The notes beneath the pieces were generated by a model that worked only from the letters and a program-made list of their open reading frames with translations, ran no database searches and was not told where the DNA came from. From contig JANHCV010000011.1 in the NCBI GenBank assembly GCA_025594325.1, positions 496,001 to 560,000 on the forward strand: a DNA stretch of 64,000 bases, read 5' to 3'. Each line of letters begins with the position of its first letter. Position 1 is the first letter of the stretch. The position numbers were made by a program, and so were the translations under genes. The DNA comes from Blastocladiella emersonii ATCC 22665 (lineage: Eukaryota > Fungi > Blastocladiomycota). Below, piece after piece: positions 24,791-36,030 of the stretch.

Positions 24791-26158
24791 GTTGGTCGCG
24801 TCGCCGCTCCCCGCGCCATCGGTCGCACCGACATGCGTACAAACTGGCGCGCGTCAAGACCAAGGCAGTGCGCGAGCTGGTTGGTGCCTTTGATCATGGT
24901 ACACAGGCGGGTCACGGGAGGGAGAACCACTGGCTGTAGTACCGCTTGACGTCAAAGGCGAGCGACGGGTTGCGCGGGGTGGCAGACGCGCTAGGCGGTT
25001 GCAGACGACGCGGTGGCGCTCAAACCCGTTGAAGGTGGAGCGGCGGGAGGATTGACGGCCACTCGCCCGTGGTCTTGGCCGTCGCGGGCACGAGCGTAAT
25101 GTCGCAGTCCTCAGCAGCACCGTTTACGCCTCGCTTGGCATCACCTTACCGTCAGGGCTTGTTGCAACATTTCCCCTCGCCTCGCTCAGTGTGAAGACGG
25201 CGTCGTGACGAGGTTCAGCGACTTTTATTGGGTCATAGGGATGCCATTGCTGCATGTTAACATGGTGGAAGCTTCATGGGTGTTTTCATGAGATGAGGAG
25301 CGAGCAAAGGGCAAAAAAGGGGTGGCTTATGTAGGTGCTTGCTGGTTAGGTGACGCGTCGCTATGTGACGACCGCGCTCTAGGTCACGTGGGCTTCATTT
25401 TTTCGGGGAGACCACTGGGGTTGAGGCCAGCATTGAAGCCATTGCCGGTAGTCAAAGAGTTGGTACTATAGACAGAGTCGGAGAACTGTAGGTTAAAAAA
25501 GAGAGGTTGGAGCTAGAATGGCAGGCCAGAGCATCACGTGGAAAACAGCACGAAGTTAAGTTTATCAATAACACAGCGTCAAGCCGAATTCAGCTCGGGA
25601 GAAACTCAGCCTACTGCTGAGAACAATTCCTTGATCTGCTGCGCGCTTTCCGAGAAGATTGCGTGCGTTCCACTGCCGCGCTGGCAATGAGTTGAGTCCA
25701 GAGCCAAAGTGCGCCACATATGTAAGAAATACCTACAGCGGGCGCAGGAAGCGTACATCAAATTTATGAGCGTAAAGTGCCCAAGGCCCAACAATGGCTT
25801 GGTGAGAGAAGCTAGTGGAACGGCTTGAGTCAATGCCGTTTGTGGCAGCCGTCCCAGTGGCTGCGCACCGTTAGGAGGTATCAGCCAAGTTGACAACTGG
25901 CTCACTTGGACTGCTACAGTTGATGGACATGAGTGGGCTGGTGAGGCGGTGCGGTTCGTTGCGGAACAGTCACACATCAGTCTCACAGAACTGAGGAAGT
26001 CCCAGGGGATGCAAGGAAAGGCTGAACACCAAGTGTCACGGAGTTTGGGTCGATAGATCCTACACAAAGCCTAGGCTGCCAAAGCGCAGAGCCAATGGGG
26101 AGGAGTGGAGGGTTGCTGCTGGCAGAGGAACCCGCGGCGCCCGCGTTCATGGCAGCTT

Positions 26159-26298
26159 CATTGGGAAATTGGGGGCACAGATTAGTGGTAATCTAGCAAG
26201 ATCTCATAGTAATATAGCTAGATCATTCGTAATCTAGCTAGATCTAGCTAGATCTTCGTAGATCACCACTAATCTGTGCCCCCCCCCATTTCCCAATG
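26159..26298. mobile_element. 140-bp MITE of the same family as 20945-23401
   Basis: TIRs CATTGGGAAAT-TGGGGGCACAGATTAGTGGT / ACCACTAATCTGTGCCCC...ATTTCCCAATG, TT flanks, and an interior made of AGATCT/CTAG repeats. Confidence 0.85.
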
Positions 26299-26809
26299 TT
26301 GGGCAGCACACAGGCTGTGCGTTGCGGGGTGTAACAGAGTTCCATGGCGTTTCCATTATCATTTTCATGGGAGCGTCAAGTGCTCCGAGCGGTGGTGGAG
26401 GCTGGGTTTTTGTGCTCTTGGAAGCGGAGTGGCGCATTCCTGGCCCTGAAGCAGCATCACGTGGGTGGGTCCATGCCATTTCGAAGCGCGTCTCGCAGTG
26501 TCTCACAGCAACTCGCAGCATGCTGGAAAAAAAAAAAAAAAACGCATCGCTCACCCGTGGCACTTGTTAGCTGGAAAAGAGACGTGCGCTCTGTATTGGA
26601 CAAGTTCTGCGTTGCTTTAATGATACCCAGCGAGCTGCGCTGCCCACAGCCCACTCCACATTGGCTCTCCGTTCAACACAAGCTGGACTTCAAGTACAAA
26701 CGGTCAGCGCTGCAGCCATGACAGATTAAACTTGCTGTTGACACGCGCAGGCACATGCATTTTTGTGCCCCCTTCAAGCGCGTTGTTAGACAACGCCGCT
26801 GCACGCATT

Positions 26810-27050
26810 GACAATGCCCTTGCGGCGGTTGCCAAAGACAAGATCAGGGAGGCCTCCGTGCTGGCATTGCTGGCATTGCCAGCATCGCCAGCATTGTCAG
26901 CCAGCTCACCAAGAAGCTCTTCAACTCAAACCGCGTCAAGCACACAGCGGCTGCTACCTTGGCAGCTATATTGGACGCGCCTCCTCCTTGCATGGTTCAA
27001 GCAGTTGTACGGCCACCTGCGCAACCTCATTGGCCCGCATCTCACGTTTC
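26810..27050 (+). repeat. Diverged dispersed repeat (second copy ~30660-30860)
   Basis: Shared colinear blocks GCCAAAGACAAGAT, AACTCAAACCGCG and TGTACG.CCACCTG. Confidence 0.55.
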
Positions 27051-27269
27051 CTCCCGCAACGACCCTTCCCTTATGCACCGTCCGGGAGCGTGTGTGGCGC
27101 CCACGCTGCAGGGCAGTCAATGAGGCTGAGTTAATGACCCAAGGCGCTGCCCTCCCGCGCCGCACTTAGACTCAGACAACAAGTGCTGCCGCAACGGCGC
27201 CCGCTGATGCGTGTTGGTCCTGGCCCATGCGGCAGTTGCACAACGCAGCGGCAACAGCCCTGCGTTGTA

Positions 27270-28050
27270 TTCCTCACTTTGAGTCGTCTGACCACTGCTC
27301 GTCCGCCCAAAATTGATCCCCTGCAACACTGAGGACCTCGAGGCGCGCCATTTCAATCACGTTCTTGGCGTGTGGGCTAAGGTTCATGACAAGGGCCTGC
27401 GTCTTGGTGGCTGGCAAGCAGCCAAAGGCCCTGCGGAAGGTGAGCTGGGCGCGCCATCTCAGTTGGTTCATGAGTCTATGCACGCCTCACGAACCGGCCT
27501 TCTGAGCGAGGGAACCTCATTCGAATTTCTCTGGCTCGTGTATAATGTGCTTGCTGAACCAACAGAAGGACTGCAAACGTGATAGACGGGTACTTGCAAG
27601 TTCATTCCAGCTTTTGGACCAGGGCACAGCGCTGAGATGAAGATCAGGCCTCACGTATACATCTCGAAAGTATTGCAGCAGTTACAAAGTTTTGGTTCAA
27701 AGCGTTGAGGTTGCCTGAAGGGGGAAGCGCGCGAAGTAGCCCAACGGGTTGCAGCGCCTGCACATTGGCCCGCACGCACGCATGCAGAAGGGTGACGCGT
27801 CAAGCCGCAAGACACTCAGTGAGACATCCTCAACGCCAGTGCACTCAAACTCCCTGAAACTTCGCTCATTGAAGTTCGGCTATGAGTGGTGCAACAGGAA
27901 ACATGAAAGATTGAGTCTGTCATTAATTGGAACGGTTCCTGCAGCGTCACCATGGCGCGCCTTCAAGGCGCGCCAGCGGAGACCTGGCTATTGGATCCTC
28001 ACACGTTCGATGAACTTCAGCCAGCTCTCAGTGTTAGTTTCCCTTGACTC
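27270..28050 (-). pseudogene. Possible LINE-type reverse transcriptase relic
   Basis: RAQLTFRRAFGCLPATKTQAL...IEMARL resembles the region after the RT thumb of LINEs, and KYPSITF may be a decayed KYLG. Many stops. Confidence 0.25.
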
Positions 28051-28651
28051 TGCTTGAGCACCATAAACCAAGGAGAAGCGTAAACTAGCAGAGCTGTGGC
28101 CAGCGATGGCAGAGCGCAACGACAGAAGCGACTTGTATGACGTATTCAGATTAGTCTTTGCGCCCTACATGATTTTGGTGCAAGGGTGATGACAAGAACT
28201 AATACGCCGAGCAAGGCAACGCATTTCAGAGCCTCTTCACAGCAGCAAGAGCTGACTTTCGGTGAACGAGTTCAGCGTCCTCAGTAACGTTTTATGTGAG
28301 CGCTGAAAAATCCTGCAAGAGGAGCTGGCAGCCAGCTGGACATCGTCAATTTTTTTTTTGGCGACTGGCCAACGCGGCGGGTCATCTTGGGCGTTAAATT
28401 GTCGCTGTTGCGCTGCATATGATGTGCAGCAACAATGGGCGCAGCACGGCTGAGTTGAGTTGCAGCCTCTGATCCTCGCCTTAGTCTTGTCGCGATGGAG
28501 ACGAGCAACTTTATAATGGGTAGAAGCTCGACAGGAATGCAACGTTGTCGCTATGGCGATCTGAGTGTAACCCAAGGTAACTCACCTGTTCGCTTGTTGA
28601 CTCTCAAGTGCAGCACTCAATCCTTGTCTTGGCTTCATAAGTGTTGCGTGG

Positions 28652-29028
28652 CAAGGCAACGCTGTTCATTGACGCAACGAGGTGACGCTAGCCATTAACG
28701 CAACAAGGTGACGCTGATCATGAACTCAACAAGGCGACGCTGATCACAAACTCAACAAGGCGGTGCTGAACTTCAACTCAACGAGACAACGCTGGTCATC
28801 AACCCAAAAAGGTGACGCTGAACATCGACGCAACAAGGCGGCGCTGGTCATCAACCCAACAAGGTGACGCTGGTCGCCAACCCAAAAAGGCGACGCTGGT
28901 CAACATACCAAAAAGGAGGCGCTGATCACCAACTCAACAAAGCGGCACTGAACTCCAACGCAACGAGGCGACGCTAGTCATGAACCCAACATGGCGGCGT
29001 TGATCACCAACTCAACAAGGTTACGCTA
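28652..29028. repeat. 26-bp minisatellite, 13 full plus 2 partial units, ending in TAGGGTTAGGG
   Basis: Consensus is approximately AAC(T/C/G)CAACAAGG(C/T)GACGCTG(A/G)TCA(T/C)C. Exact 26-nt phasing from 28671 to 29009. Confidence 0.9.
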
Positions 29029-30069
29029 GGGTTAGGGTCAGCAAGCGTTAGCGTGCAAGCTGGGAGGTGGGCGCGTTGTGCGATTTCGTCAGGGAGTGCA
29101 AGAGCGTGCGCAGCGCGAGGCTGGGCAAGGGCAAAAGGGCAAAGCCCTGCGCCGGTGCCAGCCAAAGGTTGTGTGACGGCAAATTCACGTGAGCGGAGCC
29201 CACGTGAGCGGCCAAAAAACGCGTCACAACGCGTCGTTTGTCAGCTGACCGCTGTGGCGCAACGCGCTCTGGCCGCACACGTGATCGGCCTTGGCCCAAC
29301 CCACGGAAGCGTAGCGCTTGACGCGGGCCAGTCAAGGTTGAGCAGAGCGCGTTGCACCGACCCTCGACCAGGCTCGCCAGATGGCAAGCACATGGACACG
29401 TGTGAGGTGCAAAAGCGTGGCAAGCCACCAAAGGAGCTCGTGCTCAGCGTTAGTGCTTGGATGACGCGGCGCGCCTTGAAGCCGCTTGCACAGGCTTGCT
29501 GATGAACACGGACGCGATTCACGCGGTCGTGCTCTGAGCGACCTGCAAGTTCTCATGAGAGTTGAAAAGGAGCACCGCGAGCTCAAGGAATCCACTTGAG
29601 GAAATCTTGCACCAGATGTCGCGCAGTTAGTTCCTTGAGGTCGCGACCAGGACCCGGAGCCTGCTCTTGGGCTTGTATCTGGAGTCAGCAAAGACTTCCT
29701 CAGGCGCATCCTCATGGCGTCCAATGAACGCGGGACTCAGTCGACGAGGTCTCCTACGTCTGCCGTGTTGTGAAGGGGGACAGCAGCAGTCTGTGGCGGG
29801 GCCAAGTGCTGCCCTTGCTGCACCAACCTTGTCCTGCTCCGCGAGACCTCCCCGGCGGGCATGCCATATGACAGTGCTCCCTTTGTCTCTAAGCTGCTTA
29901 GGCCGTGCCTCCTCTTTACTCGCTGCGCTAACCTTCCCCGAGGCGCTCGCCCTCAAGGGCGAGCTTGGTACGCGCGGTCACTGCCACTCAGCTCACCCAG
30001 CATTTCAGGCGGGACAGTAATCAAGGATGGGCCGCTCCGCGGCGCAAATTTATTGGGGGGTGGCAGCCG

Positions 30070-30292
30070 TGTTACGCGTCGTTCATGCGGTGGTGATCGG
30101 GGTGATCATCCACCTGATCTCGCGTGGTTCGCCCGCAACCGCCTCTTTCGCCCTGCCGCGACCCCGCGGCGGCGCTCCCGCTTTTGTCATCCTCTCTCCC
30201 TCACCCAGCCCTGGTTCGTGGCCAAGGCAGGAATACACAACCCTGACTAGCTGTATCGTGTCTCCTCGAGTCCCCTCCTTCGCCACTCAACA
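30070..30292. mobile_element. Solo LTR (223 bp)
   Basis: TG...CA ends with a perfect 5-bp TSD AGCCG (30065-30069 and 30293-30297). Homologous to 12919-13129. Confidence 0.85.
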
Positions 30293-31167
30293 AGCCGGCG
30301 CGGGCGTATTCAAGAGCGGGAAGCTTGAACGTGCGATCTGTATGCCAGGCATGAATGACTGGATTGGAGTGGTGAGGCAGCTTTGCCACTGCTTTGCCCA
30401 CCCGCTGCAACGTCAAGCTCACCTCACGCTTGACAACAAGTGCGTCATTGACTTGGATGTCAAGATGTTCTCACCCTCATCCAGGCTTTGATTTTGCGTA
30501 ACGTGCTTGCTCGAGTGGGCCGTGCTCTAAATTGCGCCCTGCAGGCTCCAAGTGACTGCTAGGTGGGTCCGCAAACGCGCTGCGAACTCAGCCAACGTTG
30601 AAGCCAACGTCCGTCAAGGTCGCTGACATGCAGGCGCACGCGTTTGTGTGCCCCGCTTTGAGCGCGCTCGACCCCGCGGCCAAAGACAAGATTGGCGGCG
30701 GCCTCCGCGCCAACATTCCTGGCTCGTTCGCCAAGCAGCTTCTGAACTCAAACCGCGCCAGGCGCACTGCAGCCGCCATCGTGGTCGCGCCGCGCCACTC
30801 ATTGTGTTGTCCAAGAAGATGTACGACCACCTGTGCAAGCCCATTGACTCGTGTCTCGCACTCCCCACCGCAATGGCCATCGCCTTGAGCGCCTTCCAGG
30901 GGCACGTGTGACGCCTGCAATGCAGCACGATTGCCAACACAGTGACAGTGACCCAAGGCGTTGCCCTGCTGCCACTTGGCGCGAGTGACTAATCAAGGGC
31001 TAAAGTCCTCTATTTTTGCCTAGCCAACGCGCGCCCTAGGGATCTGACGCGTCTCCCATGGCCCACGTGCGGGATACACGTGTTTCACATGTTTCACGGG
31101 ATATGACCAACGCGTCCGCGTCTCCCACCCCCAAGCAATCTAGCCTGCCATCGTCCACTCGCAAAAT

Positions 31168-32806
31168 AGAGCACCTGCGGGAAAAACGGCGCGGCCGCCG
31201 GAAAAAAAAAGGCGCGACCTGAAACACGCGGGGCAGGTCACGCGCCGTGACCGCCGCGGCCGATTTTTGTCTCGCGCTGCGAGACGCGACTCGGACGCGT
31301 CGGAGCGGCGCTGCCGCCTGCCATAATAGCACTCTTCTTGTCGGGATCGAACTGAGGGCAGGCGATAGACACTTCCTTGTCTTGTCGGCCCGCGGCCGCG
31401 ACGCACAGGCTCCCGCCAGCTGGGCAGTGGCGGGTGGCGAGGCGCCGCGCATCGAGACATTCGTCACCGTGCACTTCGTGGTGCCTGGAGCGGAGGGCGC
31501 CTACCAGCTCTCATCGCTCGACGCGCACGCGCCGCCGCCTGTGCTTCTCCAGACGGAGGCAAGCGCGGCCGAGGCCTACAAAGCGCGAGTGCCTCTACGT
31601 GTTCTCGCAGGCCCACAACCAGACGCTCGAGGACACGATCGTCGCCAACGCCCACCGCAAGTACATGGTCGAGATCAACGAGACCCGGGTCGCGTTCGCG
31701 TGGAACATGCTCGTGGTGAGCCAGGTCGCCCTTCTCCCGTTCCGCCGCACGCAGTGAAGCGGCGGTCCGTGCCACTCGTGTTCATTCATACCCATCTCTT
31801 CCCTCCTCTGTGTTCGTGCCTCATGGATAAACTCGATTCCCTTCGTACTTTGACTCGTCCTTGAAACGGTTGCGTCTTGACACACAAACGGGCGGGCTTT
31901 TCTGCTGTTCGCGCTCAGGTTTTAGGAAATCTGACTCTCACTCGCCAACGCGGACAACGGGCGTGAATCAAACCGATATTAATACACGAGCATACAAGTG
32001 TATGAGCGAAAGCCCCACTCGATCGTTGAGCGTGCCGAACTCATCGCGCGCTTGTACGCCGCAAGTTCAGGCGTGAGCTCTCGACGGGGCGGAGTCCGAA
32101 GCGTTGGAAACTGAGGATACGCCGAGTCGGACAGCACGCAGTGACGACCGTCGGGTTTCCGCGGAAGAGCTTGGAGCCGATCCAAGAGATGCGAGTGTCG
32201 TAGCACCACGGCATCGTTGCAGGTAGTTGACGATGTGGGAAAGGCGCGTTTCGTCGTACGGAAAGTTGGTACAGAGGTCGCCCAGCCGGCACGGGTAAGA
32301 AAGGCGGCGAAGAAGAACGCAAAGAGCAGCAAGGCGAGGGACGGGACCGTGCCGATCGCCAAGTTTGATGAAGCGAGGAAGGAGTCGCTCCGCGAGGTAG
32401 ATGATGTTGTTGCGCTGGAAGCGGAACTTGGCCCAGCAATCAGCGTCGTCAAATTGATCGAAGTCAAACGGTGCGGGTTGCCACAGCTGCTGACCTCGCG
32501 GACGCGGGCGTGGGGTCATGAGAAGCCGCACATGCTGATGCAGCGCGAAGACGACCGCGACGGCAAAAGCCATGGCCACGGCCTGACGACGTGCTGCATG
32601 GAAATTCTGTTGTTGATTCATTGTGTTTCATCGAGTTAGAGCGGTGTATTTTGTGCGCAGCACGACGTGCGGAGGAGAGAAAGGGTCGAGAGAGCGGAGC
32701 GCGGTGGGCGAACGACCGCGGTGATCACGGCGCGTGACCTGCCCCGCGTGTTTCAGGCCGCGCCTTTTTTTTCCGGCGGCCGCGCCTTTTTTCCCGCAGG
32801 TGCTCT
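31168..32806. mobile_element. Internally deleted PIF/Harbinger element (1639 bp)
   Basis: About 90-bp inverted ends starting AGAGCACCTGCGGGAAAAA, a 3-bp TSD AAT, and HARBI1-like transposase fragments inside. Confidence 0.85.
31985..32621 (-). pseudogene. HARBI1-like Harbinger transposase with central deletion
   Basis: The N-terminal FRFQRNNI...ALCVLLRRLSYPCRLGDL is joined out of frame to the C-terminal SDSAYP...YKRAMSSARSTIEWGF. The first catalytic (DGT) region is missing. Confidence 0.8.
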
Positions 32807-33108
32807 AATGCGTGTCGCTCAAATTGAACGACGCAATACGCGTGACGCGTCAAATAAACGTGTCTTGCAAGAAGAGCGGCGACGGGAGTGACGCAACGCG
32901 TCCAAGCGAGCGCTGCTCGCGTCGCGCCAACAGTGGTTAGGCGAGTGTGGAGCGACGCGTTCCCACGGCTGCTATCAAGGCTACTCCTGCGCACGGCACG
33001 CGCGGGTTCTCCCACGGGTGCGATTGGCGTGCGATCCAGCAAAAGCCTTAAGCTTCGATTTTATATCTGTGGCCCCCAGCGCGAGCTGGGATCCAGTGTG
33101 GGGTAGCC

Positions 33109-34617
33109 ATGCTCCAGTGGTTTAACGCCAACAACCCGCCGTTCCAGCTGTGCGTCGACAACGCGTCCGTGCAGGAGCGCATGCTCTCCAACCTCTCGGA
33201 CCTCACCGAGAACAAGCTGCGGCACCAGTTTATTATGAAGTTGGGTTCGAACTCGGACTTGTTGGCTGAAATCTTCAGCGTAGCCAAGAACGTTGCGGTT
33301 GCAACAGAGGAGTTGCTGCAGGCGGCCAACGACCGCGCTGATCGCGAGTCGACCATTGTGGCGATCGCAACGAGCGTGGGCGAGGACGACATGTCGGACA
33401 TGACAGATCTGGACGCGGTGCGGCTCGGGCTCGACAACATCCTATGGCGCGAGCAGCCCGGCGCCTGAACCGGGCCACCTGAGCGACACAGATTTGATTG
33501 GTGATACGGCCGCGACGGACGCCACGTCGCGTTCGCTGATTCACGACGGCGGGGACTATGACGATCCGGATCGCGCAGACCTTGAGGAGGCCTGCGTCGA
33601 AGACGGTAAAGACTTTGGGTTGCAAGCGACTCGGCCAGCGCGTCACGGCCATGATGTGACGGTTCGGCCTCCCCTACGTTTTCTTTACGTTGATGCCGTA
33701 CCCGATTAACTCGCTGGCGCTCAACGTCTGGTGCGGCGGCGATCCGGCGAAAATCGTGGCGGGTCCGGCAGACAGCGGCGACCAGCAGCACCGCGACCCG
33801 GGCGCGCGCATGATCTCCGCCTTGAACCTGTCGCCCGTGCAGCTGCCGCCACAATCGACCTTTACCAAGGTCGCGGGCTCGAACTTGATCATGCAGGCCG
33901 CGTGGCACCTGTACAACCGCGGGCTAATCATTGAACACCTGTTTGGCTGGCTGATCGACGAGGGCGCCTCGTTGGGCAAGCCGGGCGTTTTTGGCTACAC
34001 GCGCGCCTTCTGCATGGCCGAGGAGACGCAGGCGCGACATACGCTGCACTCGCACGGGCTGCCGTGGCTCGTCAGTTTTCCTCGCACGACCGCGCAGTGG
34101 AACACCTACCTGGCCAACGACGTGGTACGCTCGCGTGCTTTATCTCGCTCCGCACGGCCATGATCAATCACTTAATGTTTTCGACCACGTAGTGGCGCGA
34201 GAAGCTCCTCAAGTTCCAGGATCGGTCGCTGAGCGGCAGCTTTCTGATTGGAAAGCACCCGTTAGTCAAGGGCTTTCCGTGTCCTCAAATACACGACAAC
34301 GGCACGCCGTGCTCCTCGCACCCCGTGGCCGTCGAGATCCCTGCCAAGTATCGCCACCGCGTCAAGGCCGACGCACCGCCGCAGGTCGTGGCCGTCTGCG
34401 CCGCCACTATGGCCGCGTACGTGTCGCGCACTGCGCCCAAGACGGGCGACGTGTCGGTTCCTCAAGAACCTGATTCGCAAAAGCGGCCGCAACAACAACA
34501 GCAGGATCCGCCGCGCGTCCACGGCTTCACGCCTGACCAACTCCTCGACCCACTCCTTCAAGCTGGCCATCACCAACGTCGCCTCTGGCGAGCAGCGCGA
34601 GCTGTGCACCGACGAGT
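33109..34617 (+). pseudogene. Helitron Rep (HUH endonuclease) relic, 5' part
   Basis: GVFGYTRAFCMAEETQARHTLHSHGLPWL matches the Helitron GxFG...VExQxRGxLHxHxLxW HUH motif. Frameshifts are present. Confidence 0.7.
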
Positions 34618-34769
34618 TGTCACGTGCGCGTTTGGCACGTGCGCCGTGACGTCTTGGATTGTTGAGCCGCCGCTTGCTCGCACTCTGTTCTCCCTCCCTG
34701 CTGTTCAACCACATACATCCTCGTTCGCCAGTCATCGTGTATTCGGCCCTCCCCAGGCGCTCCGTTACA
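34618..34769 (+). repeat. 5' LTR
   Basis: TGTCACG...GTTACA, direct repeat of 39849-40000. Confidence 0.95.
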
Positions 34770-34771
34770 CT

Positions 34772-34780
34772 TTGAACAGC
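34772..34780 (+). promoter_or_regulatory. Self-priming type primer binding site
   Basis: TTGAACAGC is the exact reverse complement of GCTGTTCAA at 34700-34708 within the LTR. There is no TGG-type tRNA PBS. Confidence 0.7.
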
Positions 34781-34800
34781 CTACCCGGTCGGCTCGCACC

Positions 34801-36030
34801 ATGAGCTACTTGAACAAAGCCGCCGTGCAGGCCATTGCCGCGTGCCGCCCGCTGGAGGGCGTCACGGACGACAACAAGAACTACCTGCAGCAGCACCTCC
34901 AGACGCTCAACATCAACCCCGTCGAGCTCGTGTGCGCGCTGGCGTCGCAGGCCGCCAACATCCAGGGCGAGCTTGAGGCCAAGACGGCGACGTGCTCTGC
35001 GGCCGAGGCGCGGTGCAGCAACCTGGCGTCCGAGCTGCACGCGGCGCGGGCCGAGCTCGAGGCCCAGTCGGCGACGTTCGCCGAGGCCCAGGCGCAGTAC
35101 AACAACATGCAGGCCGAGCTCGCCGAGACGCAGACGCAGCTCCAGGCGGTCGCCGCGGCGCAGCAGCAGGCCGTCAACGAGCGCGAGTCGCTCCGTTCCA
35201 AGTACGTGCTGAGGCTTGAGCGGCTCACCGCGGCCCAGGCGTCCAAGAAGGCCCGCGCAGGCGACGACGACCTGTCTGAGCACACCAAGGACCTGCTCAG
35301 GAACGCGCTGCCCGTCGACGGCGAGAAGGTGCCGCTGGACGTCGGGTTCAACCGCTTCGACAAGGCCATGTTGTACTCGCCCCGCGTCGTGGACAACTTC
35401 AAGATCGCCAAGTTCCAGTCGATGTGCATTGGCAAGGCCCTTGACGACGTCGCGGCGGCGTCCCCAAACTCAGTTGACTGGTCAGCCAGCTTCAAGTTGT
35501 ACAACGCCTTCGCCGAGATTGTGCGCCAGCTGTTCCCGCGGCGCAAGCAGCCCTCCAAGCACTTCAAGGAGTTCATGGACGTCGTGTACCGTCGCGGCGA
35601 GGTCGAGGTCAACAACTTCATTGCTGCGTTCCGCCGCACCGCGTCGCTGTCAGGCTCGCTCGTCTCTGAGGACCTGCGCCGCGAGCGGTTCGCCATGGTG
35701 GTGAGCGCGTACGTCGCGCGCGGTACCAACGCGCGGTTCAACACCGCGTACGAGGCCAAGAACTTTGACGCCATGATCCAGGCGTTTGTGGACCACGAGT
35801 CAACTGCGCTCAACGCGGCGTATGAGGCGCCGCGCCAGGCGGCCGCCGCCGCCGCGCCGCGCCAGGTCGACAAGTACGCCAGCGAGCCCATGGACATTGG
35901 CGCCGTCGCCGCGCGCAACGCGGGTTGGCAGCAGCGACCCCCGGCGGGGTGCTGGACGTGCAGCGAGCTGGGGCACATTGCGCGCCGCTGCCCAAAGAAG
36001 CAGGGGTCGGGAAATGGCGGTCGGGCGTAG
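34801..36030 (+). CDS. gag: Gag (coiled coil, capsid-like region, CCHC zinc knuckle)
   Basis: 409-aa ORF just after the PBS, containing CWTCSELGHIARRC and the PMDIG motif. Confidence 0.92.
   Translation: MSYLNKAAVQAIAACRPLEGVTDDNKNYLQQHLQTLNINPVELVCALASQAANIQGELEAKTATCSAAEARCSNLASELHAARAELEAQSATFAEAQAQYNNMQAELAETQTQLQAVAAAQQQAVNERESLRSKYVLRLERLTAAQASKKARAGDDDLSEHTKDLLRNALPVDGEKVPLDVGFNRFDKAMLYSPRVVDNFKIAKFQSMCIGKALDDVAAASPNSVDWSASFKLYNAFAEIVRQLFPRRKQPSKHFKEFMDVVYRRGEVEVNNFIAAFRRTASLSGSLVSEDLRRERFAMVVSAYVARGTNARFNTAYEAKNFDAMIQAFVDHESTALNAAYEAPRQAAAAAAPRQVDKYASEPMDIGAVAARNAGWQQRPPAGCWTCSELGHIARRCPKKQGSGNGGRA

Noticed and set aside
28652-29028. Regularly spaced repeats suggesting a CRISPR array
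   Set aside because: The units are contiguous 26-mers with no unique spacers, there are no cas genes, and the context is eukaryotic.
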